A DNA stretch of 64,000 nucleotides, from positions 62,581 through 126,580 of the forward strand of contig JAHPZJ010000015.1 of assembly GCA_019058245.1 (NCBI GenBank), read 5' to 3'. This document shows positions 36,580 to 46,323 of this stretch, one piece after another. Numbering within the stretch: the first letter of the stretch is position 1; each line of letters begins with the position of its first letter. The stretch comes from Promethearchaeota archaeon. GTDB lineage: Archaea > Asgardarchaeota > Lokiarchaeia > Sigyniarchaeales > SOKP01. The position numbers were made by a program, and so were the translations under genes. The notes beneath the pieces were generated by a model, which did not search any database, was not told the origin of the DNA, and saw nothing but the letters and a program-made list of their open reading frames with translations.

Positions 36580-37671
36580 ATGGAACGTAATTCACAAAAT
36601 TTAATTCATCTTGCAAATAAAAGCTTCGGTGATGTTCTTCGGGATGGGTTTAGATTATTTTCTCAAAATTATAAAATATTAATCTTGCCTTTGGCTCTTT
36701 TTCAAATTTTATTGATTATCTTAAATGTTTTGTTATTAACTGACCTCAATTGGTATATTGATTCTTTAGACGTGAATCCCCAAGCCATTCTAAATGCGCT
36801 TCTTGAATCTACAGAGGTAGATCCAGAAGCTATAAGAACTTTAATGACTTATATGGGTTTAACCCTTCTTTCGAGTTTTTTACAAAATTTGATAGGGGCG
36901 ATAATTATTACTATCGCGATGTGTTCAGTTAGTAACTATGTTTACAAGAAATATATTAATGAGGATGTTAGTTTTAAAGATTCTTTTAAATTAGCTTTTA
37001 ACAAAAAAATCTTATTAGTTATTTTAATACTAGGGATTTGTTTACCTGCAAGTTTCTTAATGTTTTATATTCCTGCATTATTTATCTTTTCTTTCTTTAT
37101 TTTTTCAGTATTCACATATAACATGAAAACAGATAAAAATCTCCTCTCAGAAGCTCGTGCAATAGCAAAGGGTAATTTTTGGAAAATTATTAGTGTATTT
37201 ATTATCAATTTTATTATTATTTTAAGCATTGGATATATTTTTAATTTTATATTGAATATATTCATAGGTAATTTTTCACCTGGCTTTTCTGATACTTATG
37301 CTAGCTGGAAAGAACCATCAACTAGAAATTACGGAGGATTAATTCTCATTGATATCCTCTATAGTATAATTGATATAATACTTGCACCATTGTTCATATG
37401 TTTATTAACGGCTCTATTTTCATCTTCAAAGGCTAAAAAAGAATTAAAAACTCAATATCCTTCAGAATATTATCCTACAAGAGATATTTATCAAGAATCA
37501 TATAAAATTCTTAGAAAGGAACCTTACCAAGCCGTCGATACTGAAGAAACAATAATTCAACCAGAGATGGGAAAAGAAGGTAGTCTTTATTGTCCATATT
37601 GTGGAACACTTATTACAACTCCTAAACGATTTTGTCCTAAATGTGGAGAGAACCTTGAAAATCTTATATGA
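36580..37671 (+). CDS. Multi-pass membrane protein with C-terminal zinc ribbon
   Basis: About 5-6 TMs, Tyr/Pro-rich linker, CPYCG-x8-CPKCG. Confidence 0.8.
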   Translation: MERNSQNLIHLANKSFGDVLRDGFRLFSQNYKILILPLALFQILLIILNVLLLTDLNWYIDSLDVNPQAILNALLESTEVDPEAIRTLMTYMGLTLLSSFLQNLIGAIIITIAMCSVSNYVYKKYINEDVSFKDSFKLAFNKKILLVILILGICLPASFLMFYIPALFIFSFFIFSVFTYNMKTDKNLLSEARAIAKGNFWKIISVFIINFIIILSIGYIFNFILNIFIGNFSPGFSDTYASWKEPSTRNYGGLILIDILYSIIDIILAPLFICLLTALFSSSKAKKELKTQYPSEYYPTRDIYQESYKILRKEPYQAVDTEETIIQPEMGKEGSLYCPYCGTLITTPKRFCPKCGENLENLI

Positions 37672-37698
37672 AAATAAAACATAGAAATAATTATAGAA

Positions 37699-38487
37699 AT
37701 GCATATCAATATTGAGAAAAAGTTTGAGTTAGAAAAAGAAAATATCAAAAATCCAATTTTATTAATAGGATGGCCAGGAATAGCATTAGTTGGTAAATTG
37801 GCTATAACTTCAATACAAGAATCATTACAAGCTAGGGAATTTCTTGATATTCAGTATTTTGATTTTCCTGCAAAAGCGATTGTCGAAAAAGGAAATTTAG
37901 AAATCCCTAACGCCACATTGTTTTATAAAGCTACTGAAAAGGAAGATGGAAATGATTTTTTTATTCTAACAGGATCTTACCAACCCCAAACACCTAAAGG
38001 TGTGTTTGAGTTTTCTAAAGTCTTTTGCGAAGAGATACACAAGATAACAGGAGGAATTAATATGTATTTAAGTACTGGTGCTATGATTTCTGATATTGTC
38101 CATGACAAACCTTCTGTATATGTTTGTGGAACGGATCAAGAACTTGTTCAAACATTTTTAAAATTAGAAAATACAAAACTCTATGAAGGAGGGTATATTT
38201 CAGGGGCAAACGGAATCTTACCTGCTTGGGCGGGAGCTAAAGGTTATGGTCCAGGCATTTGTTTACTAGCAGAAACTCTTCCATTACCAATGATGACTTT
38301 AGATCCCCGAAGTTCTAAAGCATTAGTTACAATTTTAATAGATTATTTTTCAATTGAAATGGATTTTAGTAAGTTAAACGAAAAAATTAAGGAGATGGAA
38401 GGGGTTTTTGAATCATTTAAAAAACAAGCAGATCACTTTATGAAATCACCTCGAGAAGATAGAGGTCCAGATTCTTACTTCCGTTGA
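37699..38487 (+). CDS. PAC2-family (proteasome assembly chaperone-like) protein
   Basis: GWPGIALVGKLA, G..QP, ISG.NG.L, CLLAET, DP.SS. Confidence 0.88.
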   Translation: MHINIEKKFELEKENIKNPILLIGWPGIALVGKLAITSIQESLQAREFLDIQYFDFPAKAIVEKGNLEIPNATLFYKATEKEDGNDFFILTGSYQPQTPKGVFEFSKVFCEEIHKITGGINMYLSTGAMISDIVHDKPSVYVCGTDQELVQTFLKLENTKLYEGGYISGANGILPAWAGAKGYGPGICLLAETLPLPMMTLDPRSSKALVTILIDYFSIEMDFSKLNEKIKEMEGVFESFKKQADHFMKSPREDRGPDSYFR

Positions 38488-38579
38488 TATCTTTTTGAAG
38501 TGTTTCCGAATTAAATATAATTTATTAAATAAGGAATATAATACATTATTTAATACTAAGCGTACTTTAATGATTTGTT

Positions 38580-39569
38580 TTGCAAGATATTAGTATCATT
38601 GAATCTGATAAAAAAATTAAAGATAGAATTTCTAGCAAATTAAATGGTATTAACGAACAATCTCGTAATTATATAAAGGATATCATTACTCTTGTTAATA
38701 AAGAGATTGGAGTCAATAAAATAATATCTATTTTATTATTTGGTAGCCAAAGAGAAAAAAGTAATGAAAAAGTATCAACATTATCAGATTGCGATTTACT
38801 AATTATCTTTAAAGATAGAGTTTCAAATCATCATATTAGAGAGATTGAGAAATATTTTATATCTTTAGAAATTAAACATAATTTCAGAGAATTAAGCAAA
38901 CATTTTTTTAAAAGAATTCTGGGAGTAATTAACCAAACCACTGGTATATTCATAAGTCATTTTCTTACAAAGAAAAAATATTGGGAAAATATAATCTTTC
39001 ATAAGATATTTCGAGTAAATAGAATAGTATCTTCAGTTTTCGCTCCTCGGAAAATAGTTCTTGGTAATATTATAACTAATAGCACTATTTTATATGGAGA
39101 TGATTTAAGAGAAAGTATTAGACCAAAAATTCAAATCACTATGCAAGAAATAATAAAAAGTACTTTTATGAATCTAGTGATTTCCCTTTTCTCTATAGCA
39201 ATATCGATCCTAAAGAATTTGAATTCAATGAAATATCAATTAGAAGCCATTAAATGGTCTTTAAAAACATCAAATTATTATTGTTTTCGAGATTCAGAAA
39301 ATCTAAAAAATATAACTCAGCGATTTGTTTCATTTGAAGTAATTCGATCGCAACAAAAAGGTTCCAGATTTTTTTCTCAGTTTCTTGAACTAAGACATTC
39401 ACCACGAAATAATATGGCTTTCATGATCCGATGCCCAATACGAATAATAAAAATACATATGAAAGCAATATTGTATAAAAAACTAATGATCAAAAAAGAA
39501 AAGACTAAAATTCCATATAAATCTACGAAACCTCTTATTCCCGATCACGTTTTTCCTCTGAGAATTTAA
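38580..39569 (+). CDS. Pol-beta superfamily nucleotidyltransferase-domain protein
   Basis: LLFGS..x..SDCDLLII motif; helical C-terminal half. Confidence 0.75.
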   Translation: MQDISIIESDKKIKDRISSKLNGINEQSRNYIKDIITLVNKEIGVNKIISILLFGSQREKSNEKVSTLSDCDLLIIFKDRVSNHHIREIEKYFISLEIKHNFRELSKHFFKRILGVINQTTGIFISHFLTKKKYWENIIFHKIFRVNRIVSSVFAPRKIVLGNIITNSTILYGDDLRESIRPKIQITMQEIIKSTFMNLVISLFSIAISILKNLNSMKYQLEAIKWSLKTSNYYCFRDSENLKNITQRFVSFEVIRSQQKGSRFFSQFLELRHSPRNNMAFMIRCPIRIIKIHMKAILYKKLMIKKEKTKIPYKSTKPLIPDHVFPLRI

Positions 39570-39892
39570 GATATATTAAGGCAACAAAAAGGATAGAAAA
39601 GTGCTTTTGGACCAGGATCGGGAAATGTTGCGTTTATCAATTTCTGATTAAAAACTTGGATTTAGAAGATTGTATTTTATACTTCATGATATCACTTTTT
39701 TTGACAAATAAATATTAAAATAAATAGATCAGAAATTTACAACATTGATAAAAAAACTGTTATTTAGGTTTGAAATATAAAAATATAAATACTTTAAAAT
39801 TAATTTAAATTTGTAATTTAACATTTTTTAAGACCCAAATTGTATTTTGAAACATTAGATAATTAGAGGAAAATAACTCGCTCGGTGAGAAA

Positions 39893-40441
39893 ATGGCTGA
39901 GGCAATAGATATCCGTGAGCTCTTTTTCGATATATTAGATATAGTTAAATTTGAACTTAAATTTTACAGATATAAAGAATCTCCTATGTTCGAACGCATT
40001 GTAAAGACTCGCATGTTTCAGCAGAAGCTCCAAAAATTAAAAGATTTCATCAATACATACTTTGATATTATGTATAAAGATGAAAAGAGCCCAATTAATC
40101 AAGCTGCGCTTCACACACAATTAGATAATATCGCAAGATTGACAAATTATTATGATGATCTCTCAGATTTCTACACAGATCATACTAAAGTAATGATTAC
40201 AAAAGAAAAACTGCAAGGATTAATTGATTATTCACATGTCGAGATTCTGTTTTTGGTGTTTACCAATATTCTAGATTGGGAACATTACAAGGCTAGTTTA
40301 TTGTTTCCTACGGATAAAACTAAAGAAAAAATCTTAAAAGAGTTCCTCGCTAAGTTAGCAAGTGCAGATATAAAAGACGTAGATGATATAGTAGATTTGG
40401 AGCAATCAATTGAAGACTTTGTACAAAGTATAGAAGTTTAA
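39893..40441 (+). CDS. Hypothetical helical protein
   Basis: 182-aa ORF with GGTGA SD-like motif before the ATG. Confidence 0.75.
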   Translation: MAEAIDIRELFFDILDIVKFELKFYRYKESPMFERIVKTRMFQQKLQKLKDFINTYFDIMYKDEKSPINQAALHTQLDNIARLTNYYDDLSDFYTDHTKVMITKEKLQGLIDYSHVEILFLVFTNILDWEHYKASLLFPTDKTKEKILKEFLAKLASADIKDVDDIVDLEQSIEDFVQSIEV

Positions 40442-40607
40442 CTTTTGAACCTAATTTTATTAAACTCTTTTAAAAATTTTCCAAAAAAAATATTTTCCTC
40501 AATTGGAAGTAATTTGTATATTATTAAGAATGCATTTTTAATCTATAAAAATAAGATTTTTATTAATATTAGCTTGTTCTATTCATAAGATTATAAATAT
40601 TAAGGGA

Positions 40608-40887
40608 ATGATGTGTACAATAGAGCTAAAATTATATGGTGATTTAAGGGAAAAGATAATTCAATCAAACTATGGTATAGGGATTCCATGCATTATCGAT
40701 ATTAAAATAGAGGGAATTTCTGTAGTATCTATTAAACAAATTTGGAATTGTCAAGGAAGAAATTAGTCACATTTTTGTTAATAATATATATTTTAATCCT
40801 AAAAAAGAAATAAAAGATGGAGATCGGAGTGGAATATTTTCAAAAAGAATAGGTTTAATTTTTGTTGAAATTAAGAATCCATTATAG
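40608..40887 (+). pseudogene. Frameshifted MoaD/ThiS-like beta-grasp protein
   Basis: Frame A MMCTIELKLYGDLREK...EGISVVS joins +1 frame LNKFGIVKEEISHIFVNN...EIKDGDRSGIFSKR near 40730. Confidence 0.7.
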
Positions 40888-41028
40888 AGATATTGGGCTG
40901 TTAAATACTTTTTTTCTCATGAGAAAATAGACAATGAATAGAATTAAATATGTAATTTATTATGTATCAGCTTAAGCACTTCAGAACATAATAAAAATAT
41001 AGGAGAACTTAGGGATTTAATTTTCAAA

Positions 41029-41295
41029 ATGGCGGATTGCATCGATAAAATCTTGGAAGTTTGTGAAAATAGTGAGATAAAGAGATATAAAGCTTTAATA
41101 GAATTAATGCAGGATCTCGATAAAGAAATATCAAATGCAATACGCGTTAGAAATTGTTTGCTTTTACTCGTTAATTTATGCTTTAATCCCGAATCCCCAG
41201 ATTTTGCGTATAATAGGGGTAAATCAACAAAAACTCTATCTGGAGAGGAAAAAATGGAAATGCAAGAATTATTAAGATGCGAATTTAATAATTGA
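41029..41295 (+). CDS. Hypothetical small protein
   Basis: 88-aa ORF filling an intergenic space, typical composition. Confidence 0.65.
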   Translation: MADCIDKILEVCENSEIKRYKALIELMQDLDKEISNAIRVRNCLLLLVNLCFNPESPDFAYNRGKSTKTLSGEEKMEMQELLRCEFNN

Positions 41296-41302
41296 ATTTA
41301 TT

Positions 41303-43576
41303 TTAGAAAACTGCAAAATCTGTTTCTTTCCACTTCTCATATTGGTTAAAGATATCCTCAATTTTTCCTAATGTCTCGATGAGTACTTTTTTTGTTTTTT
41401 TATCATCTTTAAAAGTCTCAAAAATTATATCATATATCTTAACATCATACTCTTGCGTAAGATCAGAGATTTTTCTAATATCTTCCATTAGAACATCTTC
41501 CTCTTTTAATTTATTGAAAGCATTTTCCACATTTTCTCTTAATTTAATAGTTGCATTTAATGATTTCGAGCATTTATCAAGTAATTCTTGTTCCTTATCG
41601 CGCACAATTGTTTCTTCTTCGGATAAATCATTTTTTTCTTCGACAATTTCAAGTCTTTCATTTAATAAATATTTTACACGTTCATAAATTTTGATTGCCT
41701 CATCTATTTTATTTAAACCTTTTATTAGATGATTAGTGCTATTGAGTCTAGCTTCAATAATTTTTAAATAAGCATCTTCATAATAAGTTTGAATCTCACC
41801 AAAAGTACTTTTTTCATATTCACTAATCCCATCATAAATTTTTTTTAATTCATATCTCAGTTTGTAGGTTTCTTGAGGTGTTATATTTTCTTTATTAAGC
41901 TGTTTATAACTATTATTTGTTTCTTGCTTAACTAATAAAACTCTCAAATACATTATATGAGCCTTTTTTTCGATATTTGTAATACTTCTAGATTCTCCCT
42001 CACGTTCACAGAATTTAAAGATTGTTAATGCATCATTCATTAATTTATTGAATTTATTTTGATTAGTCCTAATATAATATTTTGAATCTTGAACCTTTTG
42101 AATACCTCTATCCATTTGAATCTCTAATTCAAAGATATAATCAATTACACTAACCTGCTTTCGTTCTGATAAAATTCTTGATTTATATGACATATCTTTT
42201 TCTACATTTTTGCTAGCTAAAATCCAAAAAATAGCAGCAGGAAACCAAAAAAATATAGTAAAAAAGATCATTTTAAAAGTACTTCCAAGTAGAAAAATTA
42301 GGGAATAGGATAGTAATAATGTAATACCTTTACTTATTTGTTCAGATAGTTTAAAGAAAGAAGCGGCAGTTCCTTTATGTTCAGGCATATTAACATCAAT
42401 CATGACCGCATTTCGATTAGCTACAGGCCCAGCACCTAACATTGAAGCCAATAAGGCAAAAAAGAAGAAAATTATATAATTAGGATAAGCTACGAATATT
42501 TGGCTAATTGTACGTATAATAAAAGAAAATAATTTACTAGTGGGAATTGGATCTGGATAAACTATACCTAAAAGTGTCGGATCTATAGGTCTTAGTGAAA
42601 GGAGCAATATTATAGCAAATGGGATTGAAAATATTAAACATATAGTAGCTAATCTAGCTCGGTTTTTTTTATTTCGACGAAATAATATATCTCCTAAGCG
42701 CGCAAATACTGCATTTCCAAGAAGATATCCAACACCAATCATTCCTGCAAATATTGCAGCTGTTTGAAGTCTAATTTCTATAGGGATTTCGTTGAAATAT
42801 TGTAATGTCAACATTGAAGTCATAAAATATACTAAAACTGTACCAGGAATAATAGAAAAAAAACCTTGGATAATTAAATAAAGATTTGTCTTCTTTTTTA
42901 CTATAAATCCTAGATCTTTTTTTGAAATTCGATAGCTATATTCTAAATCTAATTCTATTAAGTCTAATAGTTCATTTTCACCTGCTCCACGCTGAGGGAT
43001 TTTAACAAAAAATAAAATAAAAATAACCATAATACTTATTCCAGATAAAATAAGAAAAGGAAACCTCCATGTGAAGATAGGACCAAGAAAAGAAGATAAT
43101 CCCTGTCCTGCCCCATTGGATATTGAACTTAAGATTGCTAATGTCCCAAACCAACCAGACCTTTCTTCAGCGGGAATTGCATCAGAAATAACCGAATATC
43201 CAATTGGTAATACACATCCTAAACCTGCTCCGCTTGACATCCTTGATATTAATAACATAAAATATGTAGAAGAAAATGCTGTTAAAAGCATTCCAATTGT
43301 CCATGAAAAAGCGCCTACTATGAGTACTTTACCTCGATCAACTCGATCTGCCCAATAGCCCCATAATAAAGCAAAAAAAGCACTAACTAATACAAAAAAG
43401 GCATCAGGAATTGCAATTAAGGCTTCTGGTATATTAAACTCTTGTTTTATAGCAGCATAACTAGGAATTAGCATACTAGCACATGCAGTCGAAACAAAAA
43501 GTAAAAGCATGACTAATATAATTGGGGCTAGATCTTTGAATTTCAACGATGTAAGTTGAAAGCGTCCAATAAGCAA
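41303..43576 (-). CDS. MFS transporter with ~300-aa C-terminal helical extension
   Basis: WGYWADRVDR motif A, R..SG.G motif B, ISD..P.EERS; long charged helical tail. Confidence 0.85.
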   Translation of the reverse strand: MLIGRFQLTSLKFKDLAPIILVMLLLFVSTACASMLIPSYAAIKQEFNIPEALIAIPDAFFVLVSAFFALLWGYWADRVDRGKVLIVGAFSWTIGMLLTAFSSTYFMLLISRMSSGAGLGCVLPIGYSVISDAIPAEERSGWFGTLAILSSISNGAGQGLSSFLGPIFTWRFPFLILSGISIMVIFILFFVKIPQRGAGENELLDLIELDLEYSYRISKKDLGFIVKKKTNLYLIIQGFFSIIPGTVLVYFMTSMLTLQYFNEIPIEIRLQTAAIFAGMIGVGYLLGNAVFARLGDILFRRNKKNRARLATICLIFSIPFAIILLLSLRPIDPTLLGIVYPDPIPTSKLFSFIIRTISQIFVAYPNYIIFFFFALLASMLGAGPVANRNAVMIDVNMPEHKGTAASFFKLSEQISKGITLLLSYSLIFLLGSTFKMIFFTIFFWFPAAIFWILASKNVEKDMSYKSRILSERKQVSVIDYIFELEIQMDRGIQKVQDSKYYIRTNQNKFNKLMNDALTIFKFCEREGESRSITNIEKKAHIMYLRVLLVKQETNNSYKQLNKENITPQETYKLRYELKKIYDGISEYEKSTFGEIQTYYEDAYLKIIEARLNSTNHLIKGLNKIDEAIKIYERVKYLLNERLEIVEEKNDLSEEETIVRDKEQELLDKCSKSLNATIKLRENVENAFNKLKEEDVLMEDIRKISDLTQEYDVKIYDIIFETFKDDKKTKKVLIETLGKIEDIFNQYEKWKETDFAVF

Positions 43577-43636
43577 TTACCATTAGTATATAATTATAAT
43601 AAATAGCACTTGAGACTTAAAAAAATTTACATTGAT

Positions 43637-44344
43637 TTATTCTAATGATAAGTAATAATCAAATGTCGCATCAACATGAATTTTGAGGGTATCAAGCAAT
43701 TTTATTTTAGTATCAGATTGAGTTAATATTAACGGTAATTCAGTACATCCTAAAATAGCTCCATTTACTTCATAATTTTCTATAATTTGAATTAATTTTT
43801 CTTTTGATTCCTGCTTAAAAAATCCTACAACTAATTCATCAAAAATTATTTCATCTATAATATCTTGTTCTAAATTTGAAGGTGTTATTACCTCGATACC
43901 TAATTTTTTGCAAGTATATTGATAAAAAGTGTTCTGCATTGTAAATTTTATCCCAAGAAGTAATAAATTTTTCATATTTTCTTGGTTTGCCTTTTCAGCA
44001 GTAGCTTTCACAATACTCAAAATTGGAACTTCTGATAAATACTCCAAATCATCATAAACAGCGTGCGGAGAATTAGCAGCCATTACTATAAAAGATGCAC
44101 CACCACTTTCTAATGATTTAATACCGCTCATTAAATATTCAATATATTCTTTTTTATTTCCACCGAGCTCAAGATCAATAAGCTTTTGAAAATTCAAGCT
44201 GAAAATTAATACTTCAGGATAATTATAATCATTAAACTTACCATAGTATTTTTCAAGAAGTAGATCATAATATTTAATTGTGGATTCATAGGACATCCCT
44301 CCTAAAATTCCTATTCTTTTCATTTTTCTAAAACATACTCTCAA
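43637..44344 (-). CDS. Aspartate/glutamate racemase family protein
   Basis: IGILGGMS..ST..YY, AANSPH, LGCTELP. Confidence 0.88.
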   Translation of the reverse strand: MRVCFRKMKRIGILGGMSYESTIKYYDLLLEKYYGKFNDYNYPEVLIFSLNFQKLIDLELGGNKKEYIEYLMSGIKSLESGGASFIVMAANSPHAVYDDLEYLSEVPILSIVKATAEKANQENMKNLLLLGIKFTMQNTFYQYTCKKLGIEVITPSNLEQDIIDEIIFDELVVGFFKQESKEKLIQIIENYEVNGAILGCTELPLILTQSDTKIKLLDTLKIHVDATFDYYLSLE

Positions 44345-44359
44345 ATTTATTGTAGATTA

Positions 44360-44917
44360 CTAATAATAAATCTTATCTGTAATAACTTTTCCTTTATCTG
44401 AAATCTCAATTCCTTCCATTTCTAGCAACTTACGCTTCATTTTAATACCTCCTTGAAATCCTCCTAATTCCCCATTTGTTCTAATTGCTCGATGACATGG
44501 TATGATAATTGGAAAGGGATTTTTAGCTAAGGAATTCCCAACAACTCTCGCGCCATTATTTATACCTAAATGAGATGCAATTCGTTTGTAAGTACTTACC
44601 CAACCTCTTGGAATATCATTTTCAGCTAATAACACACGTTTCTGAATTTTTTGACAAATATCAAAATCAAGGAGGTCTAATGTTAACTCTACATTTTCAC
44701 CTTTCAAAAATCGCTGAATTTTCTGGCTTAATAAGATAATTGATGAGTTTGATCCTATTTTAATCTGTTTAAATATTTCTCGAGCTTTAGTTTCGGAGTT
44801 TTTTAGAGGATCACTGAGAAATATACGTTGTATTTGTAAATTTGAATTAGCTTCATTCCAGATTATAGTAAAAGTATCAAATGGAGAACTAAAAGTAGTA
44901 TAAAATAAGAAATTCAT
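44360..44917 (-). CDS. ogt: Methylated-DNA-protein-cysteine methyltransferase
   Basis: IPRG...TY..IA, ARVVG, NP....IPCHR, LGGF. Confidence 0.93.
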   Translation of the reverse strand: MNFLFYTTFSSPFDTFTIIWNEANSNLQIQRIFLSDPLKNSETKAREIFKQIKIGSNSSIILLSQKIQRFLKGENVELTLDLLDFDICQKIQKRVLLAENDIPRGWVSTYKRIASHLGINNGARVVGNSLAKNPFPIIIPCHRAIRTNGELGGFQGGIKMKRKLLEMEGIEISDKGKVITDKIYY

Positions 44918-45214
44918 CCCTAGTCAATATATTTGATAAAATAAAAAATTTGTTTTATATCCTTATTAGACTCTTTATTTTCAATTAAATAGCTGATACC
45001 GATAAAAAAAAATTATATATTTCATTGAAAACATGCTAAATAATTCTTGTATGAGGGAAAAAAATTATTGAAAATCCCGAAAAATTGAAATAAATGTCAA
45101 TTTTTTTCCTATAACCAATGCATATACATTATATTTAACTATAAAGTTAAAAATTTAAAAGAAAAAAAAGATTACAAATAATAATTCCATAATCTAAAAT
45201 TAGAGCTGAAAAGA

Positions 45215-45709
45215 ATGAAAACTCTTGTAACTTATATGACGCAAACAGGCAACACTAAAAAGATAGCTGAAGCAATATATGAAACAATTTCAGGAGATAA
45301 AGAGATTAAACCTTTAAATGAAGTTGAAAGCTTGGAGAATTATGGGTTTACGTTTATAGGGTTTCCCATTCATCAAATGGGACCACCACAGATAGCATCA
45401 AAGTTCATTGAAACGAAAGCAAAAAATAGAAAAATAGCGCTCTTTGTCACTCACGCTACTCCTCTAGGAACCCCATTCATTGAACCCTTAGTAGGTAAAT
45501 GCAAAGAATGTGCCGATGAATCGGATATGGTCGGCATTTATAATTGTCAAGGAGTACTCGCCCAACAAGTAGCAGATATGCTCTTAAAAGTAGATAATCC
45601 TAGACTTCAACAGTTTGGAAAAATGCGAGATGCAACAGTTGGACATCCGAATGAACAAGAAGTAGAAAACGCTCGCAATTTTGCAAAAGAAATAATGGAA
45701 AAACTATAG
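45215..45709 (+). CDS. Flavodoxin family protein
   Basis: TQTGNTKKIA FMN-binding loop, IGFP, CQG, GHP. Confidence 0.88.
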   Translation: MKTLVTYMTQTGNTKKIAEAIYETISGDKEIKPLNEVESLENYGFTFIGFPIHQMGPPQIASKFIETKAKNRKIALFVTHATPLGTPFIEPLVGKCKECADESDMVGIYNCQGVLAQQVADMLLKVDNPRLQQFGKMRDATVGHPNEQEVENARNFAKEIMEKL

Positions 45710-45710
45710 C

Positions 45711-45728
45711 TTTTTTTTTTAATTTTTA
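45711..45728 (+). terminator. Oligo-T archaeal terminator after the flavodoxin gene
   Basis: T10 run just after the stop codon. Confidence 0.5.
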
Positions 45729-45863
45729 CTCTAAATTCAATGATGATTCAATGGAAAGGTGAATTTTTAATCTGATTTCAATGAAAATTTTATCGAAAAT
45801 TCAAGATAAAATATAACCTCAATCAAATCTTAAGATAAGTAATATCACTAAAATATATTTTTA

Positions 45864-45887
45864 ATCGTGAAATCATCGTTTCACGAT
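45864..45887. repeat. Perfect 9-bp inverted repeat
   Basis: ATCGTGAAA-tcatcg-TTTCACGAT. Confidence 0.7.
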
Positions 45888-46034
45888 CAAGTTTAAAATA
45901 AGCGTTTATTTAGTCTTTCCTTCCAAAGTCTCACTAAAATAGAAATAGACTTCAATCAAAAGTTTAAAAATATAACCTAAATCCTCAAATAATAAAATTT
46001 AATTATTTGGGGGTGTTTTTTTATATATAGTAAA

Positions 46035-46106
46035 GGGCCTATGGATTAGTGGAAGATCGTTCGCTTGGCATGCGAAAGGCCGCGGGTTCAATTCCCGCTA
46101 GGTCCA
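46035..46106 (+). tRNA. tRNA-Ala(GGC), intron-less, CCA not encoded
   Basis: Acceptor stem GGGCCTA/TAGGTCC with G3:U70, anticodon arm TTCGC-TTGGCAT-GCGAA, T arm GCGGG-TTCAATT-CCCGC, discriminator A. Confidence 0.97.
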
Positions 46107-46323
46107 TTCTCAGTTTCTATTTCAGGGTAAATTTATACAAATTAACTAGTGAATCTTTATCATTATCCAAGATTAGGAAATTTTCATCACTTAAAATATT
46201 TAATATATACTAGGGGAAAAAAATAAAAAAAAGAAAACCCTAAAATTTCGTCTACTCTTGTCTAATTGCTAACTTCAATCGTTAAACTTCATTATAAATT
46301 AAATATTAAACAATAAAGATTTT

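Noticed and set aside
46035-46320. tRNA-Ala as an integration site for a mobile element
   Set aside because: No integrase and no duplicate of the tRNA 3' end seen in the window
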